From: a virus | IMG/VR virus record: IMGVR_UViG_3300047560_002412 | Coordinates: 32,001 to 96,000 of that record | Reading direction: 5' to 3' (one strand) | Length of the DNA: 64,000 nucleotides | Shown: positions 53,885-63,850 of the stretch, in pieces | Numbering within the stretch: the stretch's first letter is position 1 | Layout: each line of letters opens with the position of its first letter | Notes under the pieces: generated by a model | Seen by the model: only the letters and a program-made list of their open reading frames with translations | Databases searched by the model: none | What the model was told of the DNA's origin: nothing | Position numbers and translations under genes: made by a program

Positions 53885-54076
53885 ATGACCTGGGAACTTT
53901 ACGAGGTCTGGTCTGTTGATGCTGACGGACACGAAGAACTGATAGACACCACCAAAAGCCTTAAAGAGGCACGAGAAATGGCTGAAACAGCATTAGCTGA
54001 TTTTCCGTCTGCAATTATATATAAAGAAACAGAAGACGGCGATATAATTGAAATTGAACGGTTGACTTCTGAATAA
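53885..54076 (+). CDS. small acidic protein
   Basis: 63-aa ORF. Confidence 0.65.
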   Translation: MTWELYEVWSVDADGHEELIDTTKSLKEAREMAETALADFPSAIIYKETEDGDIIEIERLTSE

Positions 54077-54090
54077 AATGGTGCTATAAT
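54062..54090 (+). promoter_or_regulatory. sigma70 promoter
   Basis: TTGACT-17-TATAAT. Confidence 0.8.
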
Positions 54091-54121
54091 ATATGTATTG
54101 TTTAATTAAGGAGTGAATCAA

Positions 54122-55294
54122 ATGGCAACTAAACTCAAAAAAGCAGCGATCGCTATTCGTCAAAATAAAGGCCGTGATCTAAGTCCAAAATGGGACGAAC
54201 ACGAATCTATGACTGCTGACCAGTTTAGTAAGCATTTCCGTGATTCAATGACTTGGTATCGTTTAGAATCTTCTGGTAAGGAACTTAAACCCAAAGTTAT
54301 TAACTGGATGGGTGCTAACGGTTATCCTAAAGATGTCATTAAAGCATTTAAAGATACTAAAGACAATCGTTGTTCTATTACCGTTGGTGCTATTGCCGCT
54401 AACTTGCTCAAAGGCATGCCTGCTCATCGTGCAGACTTTAACGAAGGTCGCAACACAGCAGAATGGTTAAGTAAAGCCATTGCCAAAATTATTGACGAAG
54501 GCAAAGACGACGAACAAGAGCCCGAAGAAGGCCAAGAGGTCAAACCTGTCGTTGCAGGTCCTAGTATTCAAGAACGTGTTCGAGATGCCGCTTATGCAAT
54601 GACTGAAGAAATTGAAGATGCTATTGAATCGTTTTCTGCAGACCCAGATGCTTTTGATCCTAAGGCATTTAAGATTTTGAATCTATTGCGTGGTCGTCAA
54701 GTTAAAGCGGCTCATGCCCGTATTATTAAAAACTTTTATCAGCGTCAACATGACGAATTTGTTGAAGCCGCAACTACTAAAGACGAGCAATTAAAAGAAG
54801 GATATAGTCATCTTTCTAAAGCAAACTTAAAAAAGATTACTACGTTCTACTCTGAAATTCTTTCTGCTTGCGACATGCTAGCACAAGAAGCTAAGGTCAA
54901 TAAGAAGCCTCGTGCTAAGAAACCTACCGACAAAGCTAAACTTGTTGCTAAGATGAAATATCTCAAACAAGACGATAAACTCAAACTAGTTTCTATCAAT
55001 CCTATTGATATTATCGGTTCTAAAGAGCTCTGGGTCTTTAATACAAAGAGTCGAAAACTTGGAAAATATGTTGCCGGTGAATTTAGCGAACTTGGAGTAA
55101 AAGGTACTTCAATTACAGGTTTTGACGAGCATAAGAGTATTCAAAAGACCTTGCGTAAACCAGAAGAGCAACTTAAAGAATTTAAAGCGGCGGGCAAGGT
55201 TGCGTTGCGTAAATTCTTGGACGATATTAAAGCAGTAGATATTAAACTTAACGGACGAATCAACGAAGAAGTTATTCTTCTTAGGTTGGTCTAA
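54122..55294 (+). CDS. conserved large-phage protein
   Basis: AAGGAG RBS; LVSINP..IIG..ELWVFNTK.RKL; KTLRKPEEQL; NGRINE. Confidence 0.8.
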   Translation: MATKLKKAAIAIRQNKGRDLSPKWDEHESMTADQFSKHFRDSMTWYRLESSGKELKPKVINWMGANGYPKDVIKAFKDTKDNRCSITVGAIAANLLKGMPAHRADFNEGRNTAEWLSKAIAKIIDEGKDDEQEPEEGQEVKPVVAGPSIQERVRDAAYAMTEEIEDAIESFSADPDAFDPKAFKILNLLRGRQVKAAHARIIKNFYQRQHDEFVEAATTKDEQLKEGYSHLSKANLKKITTFYSEILSACDMLAQEAKVNKKPRAKKPTDKAKLVAKMKYLKQDDKLKLVSINPIDIIGSKELWVFNTKSRKLGKYVAGEFSELGVKGTSITGFDEHKSIQKTLRKPEEQLKEFKAAGKVALRKFLDDIKAVDIKLNGRINEEVILLRLV

Positions 55295-55705
55295 TTAAGT
55301 AAAATACGGAACATATCTTTGTGTTCCGTTTATAGTAATCTGCATATACCCCGTTGGAACCACAGCGTTCGACGGGGTTCCTGTTGATGTAGACACCGCA
55401 GAAACAGCAAATACTCCGGCAGTTAAAGTATCTGTACTAGGGTTATAATATAAGTTAACATCAGTTCTAGGTGTAAAAGATCCAGTAGCTGAGTTAGAAA
55501 ATATTAGATAGTTTGAAGCGTTTGTAGAATTATCAGCGGTTATTGCAAGTGCCGCGGCAATTTCAAAAGAGTCATTTGTATCGTTGGGCGTTAGTGTAAT
55601 ATTTCCGCCCGCAGAAATAGTAAGTGTATCTCCTACTTGTTCTGCCCTAATAGTTGTTGCTCCAATTGTAATATTTCTAAACGCATCTGTGGTTGCGACT
55701 GGCAT
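55295..55705 (-). CDS. small virion-type beta-rich protein
   Basis: DAFR.I....A.Q..DTLT..AG.NI; YYNPST; I.INGT.RY.PY. Confidence 0.7.
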   Translation of the reverse strand: MPVATTDAFRNITIGATTIRAEQVGDTLTISAGGNITLTPNDTNDSFEIAAALAITADNSTNASNYLIFSNSATGSFTPRTDVNLYYNPSTDTLTAGVFAVSAVSTSTGTPSNAVVPTGYMQITINGTQRYVPYFT

Positions 55706-55760
55706 AAAAACTCCTCTTTTGGATATTTATCGCAAAACAACTATTGATAAATATCTTACT

Positions 55761-56903
55761 ATGAGCAAAAACAACATCGATCAAGCCTTAACTTACCTAG
55801 CAAGCAGCATTCAATCCCTAGTTGAAAATGCTGACAAACCCGGTATTAATCTTGCTACTTTTCATAAAGACCTTCCAAAAAGAAGTCTTAGCGGTGATCA
55901 CATTTCTGGTGGAAAAATCTTAGGATTTGCAAGTGCCGGAATCAACGACAAAGCCACAGCTGAACAAATTATTATCGAAGACAATAACGTTTATATTTCA
56001 AAAATAAAAACTGGACAAGTTTTAGGTGATCTATCTGTTGAAAAATCTGTGATTGCAGAAAATATTAATGTCTTAGGAACACTAAAAGCTCAAGTCATTG
56101 AAGTGAATGAATTAAAAGCTGATCTAAGATTTGAGAGATCAAGCTCGTTAGAGTTTAAAAAAACAGAACAAGAAGGTATTTTTGGTAAAGGCATTCTTTG
56201 GATTGGCGAAGGTAACGCTAAACAATTTGTGTACAACGGCAATCCAGATAGATTGTTTTCGTCTGAAAATCTTTATTTAGGAAAAGATAAACATATAGGT
56301 ATTGACAATATACCTGTTCTTTCTTCAACCGCTCTCGGAAACACCGTTACTAAAAGTAACTTAAGAGAAGTAGGTAGACTTAAAGGATTATTAGTTGACG
56401 GTGACGTTGTTATTGATCAATATGTATTCTATAATTCTACCGCTAGTCGACTTGGAGTAGGTATTGAATTACCCAATGCTGGTTTCTCTGTTGCTGAAGA
56501 CGGCATCGAAGTTATGGTTGGTAGTAGGGAACAGACCAGAGGAATCATTGGTACATACGCCAGTAAACAATTTGATATTGTAACGGATAATATATCACGC
56601 ATTAGTGTTTCAGCAGGTGGAGATATATTATTAGGAAATACTACAGAACAACCTATTCAAGTTTCAGTACATGGTAAAGTTGCCATTAGAGTTAAAAATC
56701 CAGATCCAGAAGTTGATCTGCATGTTGGCGGAGCTGTTAGATTCCACGGACACATTCATCAATACGCCGATTCGGCACCAACATCAGGAAACTTTAAACC
56801 AGGAGATGTTGTCTGGAATACCAACCCACAAACACATGCAGGATGGATCTGCGTTAGAGCAGGAAATCCAGGCGAATGGAAAAAGTTTGGTAAATTAGAG
56901 TAA
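55761..56903 (+). CDS. beta-rich fibre-like structural protein (paralogue 1)
   Basis: KSNLR.VG.L..L.VDG, RLG.G...PN; GDVVWN..P...GWICV..G.PG.W. Confidence 0.7.
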   Translation: MSKNNIDQALTYLASSIQSLVENADKPGINLATFHKDLPKRSLSGDHISGGKILGFASAGINDKATAEQIIIEDNNVYISKIKTGQVLGDLSVEKSVIAENINVLGTLKAQVIEVNELKADLRFERSSSLEFKKTEQEGIFGKGILWIGEGNAKQFVYNGNPDRLFSSENLYLGKDKHIGIDNIPVLSSTALGNTVTKSNLREVGRLKGLLVDGDVVIDQYVFYNSTASRLGVGIELPNAGFSVAEDGIEVMVGSREQTRGIIGTYASKQFDIVTDNISRISVSAGGDILLGNTTEQPIQVSVHGKVAIRVKNPDPEVDLHVGGAVRFHGHIHQYADSAPTSGNFKPGDVVWNTNPQTHAGWICVRAGNPGEWKKFGKLE

Positions 56904-56912
56904 GAGAAAAAT

Positions 56913-57767
56913 ATGTCAGACAAAATTAATCTTGCGTTAGATACAATTACAAAAGCGTTGAAAGATCTTGCTGAAGGACGAGAAGGGTCTATTAGTAATC
57001 CTACATTTGTTGAATTTAAATCAAACGACACCGGTCTTTATGGCAAAGGTTTCATTTGGTCGGGAGAAGGCAATTCTAAACAAATTGTATTCAATGGAAA
57101 TCCTGATAGATTTTTTATTTCCGAAAACATTGAATTAGGAAAAGACAAATCTGTATTGATAGATAATTCCCCTGTGTTATCAGCACACGAATTAGGGAAC
57201 AGCGTAATTAAAAGTAATTTAAGACAACTTGGTAGATTAAAAGGTTTATTAGTAGATGGTGATGTAGTTATTGATCAATATGTATTTTATAAATCTGCAA
57301 GCAGCAGAATTGGTGTTGGTATAGAAATGCCTAACTCTGCACTAAGCGTTGCTGAAGAAGGATTAGAAATTGTCATTGGGGCCGAAAATTCTAAAGGTAA
57401 AATTGGAACATTTGCCAGCAATGATTTAAACATAGTAACTGATAACACTCCTAGAATAACAATTGAAGCAGGCGGAAATATTAAATTTGGTAATAAAGCA
57501 GAAGGACCAATTCAAGTTTCAGTACATGGTAAAGTTTCTGTTGGTGTTCAGACTATGGACTCGCGGGCTGATCTTCATGTTAAAGGTCCTATTAAATTCA
57601 ACGACAAGTTACATCAATATAAATCAAGTCCTCCTGAATTTGGTTCTCATGAAAGAGGAGACATTGTTTGGAATTCAGAACCTGAAAAAGGAAAATCTGT
57701 TGGCTGGATATGTGTTCGATCAGGCGAGCCCGGAGAATGGTTACCCTTTGGCGAAATTAAAGGATAA
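56913..57767 (+). CDS. beta-rich fibre-like structural protein (paralogue 2)
   Basis: Collinear with C-terminal two-thirds of 55761-56903. Confidence 0.7.
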   Translation: MSDKINLALDTITKALKDLAEGREGSISNPTFVEFKSNDTGLYGKGFIWSGEGNSKQIVFNGNPDRFFISENIELGKDKSVLIDNSPVLSAHELGNSVIKSNLRQLGRLKGLLVDGDVVIDQYVFYKSASSRIGVGIEMPNSALSVAEEGLEIVIGAENSKGKIGTFASNDLNIVTDNTPRITIEAGGNIKFGNKAEGPIQVSVHGKVSVGVQTMDSRADLHVKGPIKFNDKLHQYKSSPPEFGSHERGDIVWNSEPEKGKSVGWICVRSGEPGEWLPFGEIKG

Positions 57768-58336
57768 TGAATTCATTAGTAATCGGTAACGGTGAAAGTA
57801 GAAAAAACGTAGACCTTTCACAATTTATAGATTATACACTAGTAGGATGTAACGCAATACATAGAGATATGTGTGTAGACCATCTTATATGCTGCGACAT
57901 GAGAATGGTGCGAGAAGCATTAAAAAATCCCAATAACAAAAAAACAATTATATACACTAGAAAGGAATGGCTGTCCTTTTTTCCTAATGTTAAAGAACTT
58001 CCTGACTTGCCTTATACTGGTTCTTTAAGAATAGATAATCCCTTTCATTGGAATAGCGGTCCTTACGCTCTATTAATTGCAGCAACCATGGCAGATAACA
58101 TTACATTAGTGGGTTTTGATCTATGGGGTAACAATAATAAAGTTAATAATATCTATAAAAACACATCAAACTATTCATCATCAACATCAAATGCTGTAGA
58201 TCCAAATTATTGGATATATCAAATTAAAAAAATATTTGAATTTTTTCCTAATAAAAATTTTACAATTTTAAATAATCCTAATTGGGATTTTCCTAAAGAT
58301 TGGCAAAAAAATAATGTATCGTTCCTTGCGTTATAA
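57767..58336 (+). CDS. Maf/sialyltransferase-like (DUF115-type) protein
   Basis: VIGNGESR, GCNA, NSG..A, I.LVGFD. Confidence 0.65.
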   Translation: MNSLVIGNGESRKNVDLSQFIDYTLVGCNAIHRDMCVDHLICCDMRMVREALKNPNNKKTIIYTRKEWLSFFPNVKELPDLPYTGSLRIDNPFHWNSGPYALLIAATMADNITLVGFDLWGNNNKVNNIYKNTSNYSSSTSNAVDPNYWIYQIKKIFEFFPNKNFTILNNPNWDFPKDWQKNNVSFLAL

Positions 58337-58362
58337 ATAACTTTATAGTACAATAAGTCTAT

Positions 58363-58403
58363 AGAGGACTTGGCGTCATCCCTCTCAAAATACTCTGCTG
58401 CCA
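58363..58403 (+). promoter_or_regulatory. preQ1-I-like pseudoknot riboswitch candidate in queD leader
   Basis: P1 AGAGG/CCTCT; loop TGGCG pairs with TGCCA; promoter TTGCGT-17-TACAAT at 58326-58354. Confidence 0.5.
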
Positions 58404-58437
58404 TCAAACTCGCTCAACTTTATAAAGGAGACAAGAG

Positions 58438-58971
58438 ATGGCGAAATTTTATTCAACAAAAACATACGGTAACGACCGCGGCTTATCATGCTGTTTTAGA
58501 CAATGGCGTGCCACCCACAGCCACTGCTCAACATTACACGGATACTCAATTGGAATCAAATTAATTTTTGAAGCTGATACATTAGACGATAAAAATTGGG
58601 CTATGGATTTCGGTGGACTTAAAGAATTCAAAGCATGGGCAGATCATATGTTCGATCACACTTTGGTAATCGCCGAAGACGACCCAATGTTAGATCGTTT
58701 TAAAACAATGTCTGGTTGGAGTTCAAATCCAGAACACGACAATAATCCGGAACGTGTACAAGTTGAACCGTACCGCCGTAGCGGTGTTTGTGATTTGCGT
58801 ATTGTACCTGCGGTAGGCTGTGAAATGTTTGCCAAGATGTGCTACGACAAGATGGCTGAACTATTAGCATCAGGTAACCTAAGATATCCAATCAATCCAA
58901 GTGTAAGAGTTAAATCAGTAGAAGTATTCGAACACGGTGCGAACTCTGCAATCTACGAGGGCGATGCGTAA
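58438..58971 (+). CDS. queD: 6-carboxytetrahydropterin synthase (QueD/PTPS)
   Basis: HC..LHGY, DFG.LK, FDH, E..A, V.V.E...N.A.Y. Confidence 0.88.
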   Translation: MAKFYSTKTYGNDRGLSCCFRQWRATHSHCSTLHGYSIGIKLIFEADTLDDKNWAMDFGGLKEFKAWADHMFDHTLVIAEDDPMLDRFKTMSGWSSNPEHDNNPERVQVEPYRRSGVCDLRIVPAVGCEMFAKMCYDKMAELLASGNLRYPINPSVRVKSVEVFEHGANSAIYEGDA

Positions 58972-59122
58972 AGTATGGCGAATCTGGGCTAAGGCCCTTG
59001 GAGAGAAAGCAGGGGCTACCAAGCAGGAAGCTGATATGGTAGCCCTTGTTCGAACTGCCATTATTCTTTGTTATATAATTACAAATCTTTTTATTGTGGC
59101 AGGCGTTATACGACATTGGTGA
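58964..59122 (+). CDS. small membrane phage protein
   Basis: WR.WAKALGEK...EAD.VA..RT...IVAGVIRHW. Confidence 0.75.
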   Translation: MRKVWRIWAKALGEKAGATKQEADMVALVRTAIILCYIITNLFIVAGVIRHW

Positions 59123-59126
59123 TTTA

Positions 59127-59822
59127 ATGATTAGTGTATTGTGTGTTCGATTTGGAAATAAGTATGGACCAGAATATGTGGAAAGACTACGCAATATGGT
59201 CGCTCGACATCTTACCGTGCCTTACGAATTTATATGCTTAACAGATGATCAACACCCTATAGAAGGTGTGAGAAGCATTATCTTAGCTGATCAAGGCTAT
59301 ACTAAAAAGTGGTGGCATAAAGTTCATATGTTTGATCCTGGACTTGGATTAAATGGAAGAATTTTGTATCTTGATTTAGATGTTGTTATAGTTAATAACA
59401 TTGATAAACTTGTCAAAGATTATACTAAAAATGAATTCCTAGGCATTAGAGATTTTAATAGAAAGTTTAATCCTGCTTGGAAAATTTTAAACAGCTCTGT
59501 AATGAGTTGGGTAGCAGGGCAGCATCCAGATATCTATACCGTTTTTAAAAATAACATGAATAAGGCACAGCAACTACACGGAGATCAAGATTGGATATTC
59601 CAAGTAGCCAAAGGTAGGATAATATTTTGGCCAGATCAATATATCATGAGTTATAAATGGGAAATTAGAGATAGAACAGAAATTTCTTTTGGAACCATGC
59701 CAAGAAAATTTAAAACAATTAAAAATCCAACCATTCCGATTGATTGTTCAATTTTGGTATTTCACGGAGATCCAAATCCACACGATGTTGAAGATCCTAT
59801 TATTGTTGACAACTGGCAATAA
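59127..59822 (+). CDS. GT-A glycosyltransferase-like protein
   Basis: G.KY..EYV, WW.K, YLDLDVV, NSS, GDQ, FHG.P.P. Confidence 0.8.
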   Translation: MISVLCVRFGNKYGPEYVERLRNMVARHLTVPYEFICLTDDQHPIEGVRSIILADQGYTKKWWHKVHMFDPGLGLNGRILYLDLDVVIVNNIDKLVKDYTKNEFLGIRDFNRKFNPAWKILNSSVMSWVAGQHPDIYTVFKNNMNKAQQLHGDQDWIFQVAKGRIIFWPDQYIMSYKWEIRDRTEISFGTMPRKFKTIKNPTIPIDCSILVFHGDPNPHDVEDPIIVDNWQ

Positions 59823-59834
59823 AGATTGTATAAT
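59806..59834 (+). promoter_or_regulatory. sigma70 promoter (leaderless uvsE likely)
   Basis: TTGACA-17-TATAAT, ATG 7 nt downstream. Confidence 0.8.
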
Positions 59835-59840
59835 AGTAGT

Positions 59841-60866
59841 ATGAATAAACGTATTGGCTTTGCCTGCAAATGGATCGACCGTCCTGATCAAGTAGACGGC
59901 ATTAAACCTAAAGACGAGTGTAAAATCTACAACACTGGTGCTACAACCGTAGCCTGGTTAAATAGACAGACACGAGATGTTGCTGAACAAAAGCTCTGGG
60001 ACCTAATGGTGCAGAACATTGAAGCCACTCGTAAACTTGTTGAAAGGGTAGGTACACTTGATGAAAATCTTAGAATGGTACGACTCAGTAGCGATATTCT
60101 TCCTGTATACACTGAGCCAAGTTGGGGCGGGTATTGGAGGAATTCCGACGTACGAGCCTATTGCGAAAAAGGATTTAGAACCATCGGAGATATTAGTCGT
60201 CAGACTGGTGTTCGGCTTAGTATGCATCCTGGTCAGTTTTGCGTGTTGGCGTCTGAGTCAGATGATATTGTAAATCGTTCAATTGAAGAGTTCGAATATC
60301 ATGTGGATATGGCTCGCTGGATGGGATTTGGCCAAACGTTTCAAGACTTTAAAATCAATGTTCATATCGCTGGAAGAAGAGGCCCAATGGGAATACGTGC
60401 TGTATTGGGCAGGCTAACACCCGAAGCACGTAACACACTCACAATCGAAAATGAAGAAATTACACACAATCTGGACACCTGTTTGGAACTTGCTGATATC
60501 GTTCCAATTGTACTTGACATACACCATCACTGGATTAACTCGGGGGAATATATTGATCCTAACGAAGACCGTGTTAAACGGGTTATTGATAGTTGGCGCG
60601 GTGTGCGTCCTACTTGCCATTACTCTGTTTCTCGCGAAGACGTACTCGTTGGTCATTCCAATGGATTACGTCCCGATCTTCCGACCCTCTTAGAATCTGG
60701 ACACAAAAAAGCAAAGCTCAGAGCACATTCAAACTTCTATTGGAATACAGATGTTAATGAATGGGCACTGAGCTTTAGAGATCATTTCGACATTATGTGC
60801 GAATCAAAGGCTAAGAATTTAGCCAGCTTTGATCTCTACCAACAGGCTTTAAACTGCGGGCTTTGA
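59841..60866 (+). CDS. uvsE: UV-damage endonuclease
   Basis: IGFAC, RLSSD, RLSMHPGQF, INVH, IEN, LDIHHH, HYS, AHS, E.K.K. Confidence 0.92.
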   Translation: MNKRIGFACKWIDRPDQVDGIKPKDECKIYNTGATTVAWLNRQTRDVAEQKLWDLMVQNIEATRKLVERVGTLDENLRMVRLSSDILPVYTEPSWGGYWRNSDVRAYCEKGFRTIGDISRQTGVRLSMHPGQFCVLASESDDIVNRSIEEFEYHVDMARWMGFGQTFQDFKINVHIAGRRGPMGIRAVLGRLTPEARNTLTIENEEITHNLDTCLELADIVPIVLDIHHHWINSGEYIDPNEDRVKRVIDSWRGVRPTCHYSVSREDVLVGHSNGLRPDLPTLLESGHKKAKLRAHSNFYWNTDVNEWALSFRDHFDIMCESKAKNLASFDLYQQALNCGL

Positions 60867-61130
60867 TTTAGGCTTACGTCCGCCTTTCTTTGCACCTTCC
60901 TTTTTAGGAGCCGCTGGCTTCTTTTTAGCAGGTGCTTTCTTTTTAGGTTCTTGTTGTTTAGCCTGTAAAACTTCTACTTGAAGTTCTGACGGGCTTTTCA
61001 ATTCACCTTCAAATTTAGCAGCACTTACTTCTACTTCTGCCGGGGCTTTTGGCGCTTCTACTTTATATGGCGCTTCAGCTGGTTGTTCAGCATCTTTGCG
61101 ACCAAAAAGTTTTGCTAATAGTTTTAACAT
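60849..61130 (-). CDS. Lys/Ala/Pro-rich small protein
   Basis: AGGAG RBS; APYKVE motif, histone-like tail. Confidence 0.7.
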   Translation of the reverse strand: MLKLLAKLFGRKDAEQPAEAPYKVEAPKAPAEVEVSAAKFEGELKSPSELQVEVLQAKQQEPKKKAPAKKKPAAPKKEGAKKGGRKPKSKPAV

Positions 61131-61205
61131 AGTTAAATCTCCTTGTTTGTTATTTACATTCGTTGGCGGAATTAAATACTCTTATATGAGTTTAAGGACA
61201 AGATT

Positions 61206-62240
61206 ATGAAAATTTCAAAGATTCCAGGTTTGGGCAGATTTGGTGTGTTTATCGACGATATAGATTTTTATTCAATGACTGAGGAAGAATGGATAGAAAT
61301 TGGTCAGCTTCATTTAAAATCTTTGGTTACAATTTTTCGAAATGTAAATTTAGATCAAAAACTTTACGAAAAATTAATCACTAAACATGGAACCGTAGTT
61401 TATCTAGCATTTTATAGAATGATTAAAAAATATCAAACATGGGACGTTCCTAGTTTGATTGCGAACGATGTTGTTAATGGAATTCCTGTTGACCCCGATG
61501 ATAAAAAATGGGCTGCGACGGTATTAAGGATCATGAGCGACCAAGATGGAATGTCTCAAATTGTTAGTGGGAAGAAAAACGAAAAAGGAGAACCTCTTGG
61601 AATGTTTGCTGAAGGAGAGCTGTTATGGCACAGCAACGAATCTGGGAATTTATGTTTTGCTCCGGGAGTAGCATTATTAGGTGTTGAAGGAACTATTGGT
61701 AGTGCTACTGGATTCTTAACAACTGCAGATTGGTACGAAGAACAAACAGAAAGTTTTAGAAGTGAACTTGACGAAATGATTATTGAACATAAATTTACTC
61801 CTGGAAGAATTAATCCAGGACTTCGACAAGACCAAGATGACTTGATGTATAAAAATATGTGTCCTATTCCAAATGAACTTCCTTTGGTTATGCAAAATCC
61901 AATAGGTATCAAAGGACTTCATTATAGTGTTAACACTATTGAAAAAATTAAAGGAATGACTCAAGAAGAATCTCAATCTGTATTTGATTATATTAATAAA
62001 ACCTTATTTGTTGACAAATACATTTACGACCATTGGTATCAACAAGATAACGATTTATCTTTATTTGATAATTCAATTACCTTACATAGAAGATTAGGCG
62101 GTATAGCAAGTAGAACATGTTATCGTATTCAATATCAATATAACAAACTTGTACCGGACGGCAATCCTTATCTTCAAGAACCATTTATTAGTATGTATAA
62201 TCAAGAAATGGGAGACATTAAGAAAATTTTTGGAATGTAA
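61206..62240 (+). CDS. TauD/TfdA-family dioxygenase
   Basis: WHSN, T.F, Y.H.Y..D..LFDN..TLHRR. Confidence 0.85.
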   Translation: MKISKIPGLGRFGVFIDDIDFYSMTEEEWIEIGQLHLKSLVTIFRNVNLDQKLYEKLITKHGTVVYLAFYRMIKKYQTWDVPSLIANDVVNGIPVDPDDKKWAATVLRIMSDQDGMSQIVSGKKNEKGEPLGMFAEGELLWHSNESGNLCFAPGVALLGVEGTIGSATGFLTTADWYEEQTESFRSELDEMIIEHKFTPGRINPGLRQDQDDLMYKNMCPIPNELPLVMQNPIGIKGLHYSVNTIEKIKGMTQEESQSVFDYINKTLFVDKYIYDHWYQQDNDLSLFDNSITLHRRLGGIASRTCYRIQYQYNKLVPDGNPYLQEPFISMYNQEMGDIKKIFGM

Positions 62241-63850
62241 TGAAACAACTTAATGTATTGTTTTATCATCCTAACGATCTGTTGTGTTCTCCAATTCAAC
62301 CATTAAGTTTAGGAATTTCATCTTTATATCTAAAAACATATATTGATATAAACAGAACTAACATATCTAATAATTTAAATTGGATAAAACCCGAACAACG
62401 GCAATTATCAGACGACGCTCTTTTAAAACTTTGTAAAGAAAAATCAATTGATATTTTATGCACTGGTCATTATATCTGGAACAATACATTTTTACTAAAT
62501 CAAATAAAAAATATACAAAATAAAAAAACTTTTATAATTGTCGCCGGTGGGCCAAGCATTGACGTAAATGTTAACAAAAACTTTTTTGTTGAAAATCCTG
62601 GAATAGACTATGCTGTATACGGAGCAGGCGAAGTTGCATTTGCGGACCTGGTTGAAAGTATTTTAACAGAAACAAAATTGTTATCATTTAATACTTCTAA
62701 TCTAGGATGGTTTGATAAAGAAAAACAAAAACAAATCGTAGCAGATTTCAAATATGTTCCTGAAATAAAAGTAAGTCCGTATTGTCATAATAAAAAATTA
62801 CTACAAGAAATAGTTCAATACGAATTTGACAATAATTTTGACATATCTTTACCCTACGAGCTAACACGAGGGTGTCCTTATTCTTGTACATTTTGTGATT
62901 GGAACGGTGGTCTTTCTACTAAAGTCTCAAGAAGAAAATTTACCTACCAAGATGAAATTGATTTATTTCAAGAACTAGGAATTAAAAACATATTTTTAGC
63001 AGATGCAAATGTAGGACAATATGATGAAGATGTAGACATGGTTGCTTATTTTGCAAAGAAAAATATAGAAGAAAATGCTAATTTTAAAGTGTTTGGAAAT
63101 CTAAGTAAATTAAGAATAGAAAATAATAAAAAAATTTATAATCTATTATTAGAATCAGATTTAGTTGATCAAACCACAGGCTACGAACTTATATTTTCTA
63201 TCCAAGATATAGACGAACAAGTGCTTAAAAATATTGATAGACCTGACGTTGGTTGGGAAATTCAAAAAGATATCATTTTAAATCTTTTAGAAAAATATCC
63301 TTTAATTAATCCGCAAATACAACTTATACAAGGACTTCCGGGGCAAACCGTTGATTCTTGGAAACGTACACTATCTATTATTTCTCAAATTCCGTGTTTG
63401 CCTTATCCCTTTTTTAGCGAATTACTGCCGGCCAGTCCAGCAGCAGTTGATCCCGATTATCAAGAAAAATTTAAATTTGTATATAGTAATAGCGAAAGAT
63501 TCAGCAATACAGGCTTCTTTAGAGGGAATTTTCCTGCATCGTGTGTAAGTTTTACACAAAGAGATTTTGTAAAAATGACATTAATAACTATGATTTATAC
63601 AACATTATGCCTTATTAAAACACCAAATAAAGATGTTTTAGTTGATAAATTTTTAGAATCTAATGGCTGTAGAATGTTAGAAGAAAATTTATATAATAAC
63701 TGGACTCAGCATGACAAATTCTTTTATACTATAAACTACGATGGGGAATCAGAAATAGTTTCTGCCTGTCAATTTTATTCGTACCCATTGCTTAACACTA
63801 GAACATTTAACGAATTTCTTAAAACTTACTCACAGGAAGTTCAACACTAG
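62240..63850 (+). CDS. B12-binding-domain radical SAM enzyme
   Basis: YIWN, VAGGP, GAGE, TRGCPYSCTFCDW, DANVG, GLPGQT. Confidence 0.9.
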   Translation: MKQLNVLFYHPNDLLCSPIQPLSLGISSLYLKTYIDINRTNISNNLNWIKPEQRQLSDDALLKLCKEKSIDILCTGHYIWNNTFLLNQIKNIQNKKTFIIVAGGPSIDVNVNKNFFVENPGIDYAVYGAGEVAFADLVESILTETKLLSFNTSNLGWFDKEKQKQIVADFKYVPEIKVSPYCHNKKLLQEIVQYEFDNNFDISLPYELTRGCPYSCTFCDWNGGLSTKVSRRKFTYQDEIDLFQELGIKNIFLADANVGQYDEDVDMVAYFAKKNIEENANFKVFGNLSKLRIENNKKIYNLLLESDLVDQTTGYELIFSIQDIDEQVLKNIDRPDVGWEIQKDIILNLLEKYPLINPQIQLIQGLPGQTVDSWKRTLSIISQIPCLPYPFFSELLPASPAAVDPDYQEKFKFVYSNSERFSNTGFFRGNFPASCVSFTQRDFVKMTLITMIYTTLCLIKTPNKDVLVDKFLESNGCRMLEENLYNNWTQHDKFFYTINYDGESEIVSACQFYSYPLLNTRTFNEFLKTYSQEVQH

